Source of the DNA: Atractiella rhizophila | Taxonomy: Eukaryota | Length of the DNA stretch: 32,914 nt | Reading direction: 5' to 3' | Assembly (NCBI GenBank): GCA_021432655.1 | Contig: MU271679.1 | Span: 1 to 32,914, forward strand | Part shown: positions 32,482-32,914 of the stretch, piece after piece | Layout of the letters: every line of letters begins with the position of its first letter | Position numbering within the stretch: position 1 is the first letter of the stretch | The notes under the pieces: generated by a model | What the model was told of the DNA's origin: nothing | The model's input: only the letters and a program-made list of their open reading frames with translations | Databases searched by the model: none | Translations under genes and position numbers: made by a program

Positions 32482-32914
32482 CTAAGGCACTATAAGCAGC
32501 CTTTTAACTCTTTCTAGAAAACCTTGGTGCATTGTAGCAACTGCAGCCTTGGTACCCTCGTCCTCAGATTTGAAAGCAGGATCAAACTTGAAGGCACCAT
32601 CAATAGAGTTTTCCAGCCTTTGCCGATCTGTGTCGCTCCTCAATGGAACCTTAATAAGGACCTGAGCACTGAATCAACTTCATGCTGCAGAGAGGGAAAA
32701 GGTAAAAATTCACTTCAATGATTGCCGGTATCGCTTCTGAACGAGGCATTTCCTTGTTGGGAAGGCCTCGAGCACTGATTTGTCGAATGCTTCGATCATC
32801 CATCCACATGGTAACTATCTGAGCTTGGTACCCTGAGAAAGTAGGCTGGGCAGGATGTTCAGTCCGCTGTGCTTTCCGCCAATTTGGGGAAGGAGGATGC
32901 AAGTCAGGTGGGAT
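32482..32914 (-). CDS. 3' end of an unknown gene (runs off the window)
   Basis: ...EAIPAIIE, then intron 32662-32713 (GTGAAT...CTCAG), then VLIKVPLRSDTDRQRLENSIDGAFKFDPAFKSEDEGTKAAVATMHQGFLERVKRLLIVP*, all in frame. Confidence 0.6.

Noticed and set aside
1..32914. CRISPR array, prokaryotic defence island, rRNA, TPP riboswitch
   Set aside because: The context is eukaryotic with spliced genes, and I saw no repeat-spacer periodicity or matching consensus motifs.

Overview
Gene-dense, intron-rich fungal nuclear DNA. Introns are mostly 50-80 nt GT-AG with CTRAC/CTGAT-like branch sites; a basidiomycete origin is an inference. Gene order: degenerate coding-like remnants (1-2.4 kb), a hypothetical gene with two microexons, Tudor-SN/SND1 head-to-head with a Mob2-type kinase activator, a stand-alone SLMAP/Far9-type FHA protein with altered phospho-binding residues, then a rearranged block (11.8-23.3 kb), an intronless F-box-like gene, a Sec7-PH-coiled-coil ARF-GEF, and the 3' end of an unknown gene. 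The rearranged block holds two WRN-type DEDDy exonuclease genes, one complete and two partial siderophore-iron transporter (SIT/ARN) genes, and an F-box 3' fragment. It reads as a 5.5 kb copy of the locus inserted into itself with a 369 bp triplicated segment. This could be a real template-switch duplication or two haplotypes joined by the assembler, and the evidence is mixed. Other signals are iron-GATA (ATCWGATAA) sites, telomere-repeat dimers in two unrelated promoters, a GC-AG intron, a structured SND1 intron, and a broken reading frame in the GEF that is best explained by homopolymer errors. I found no rRNA, tRNA, CRISPR array or transposase, and I cannot claim a clearly new biological system. 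All gene models were spliced by eye, with no database searches.
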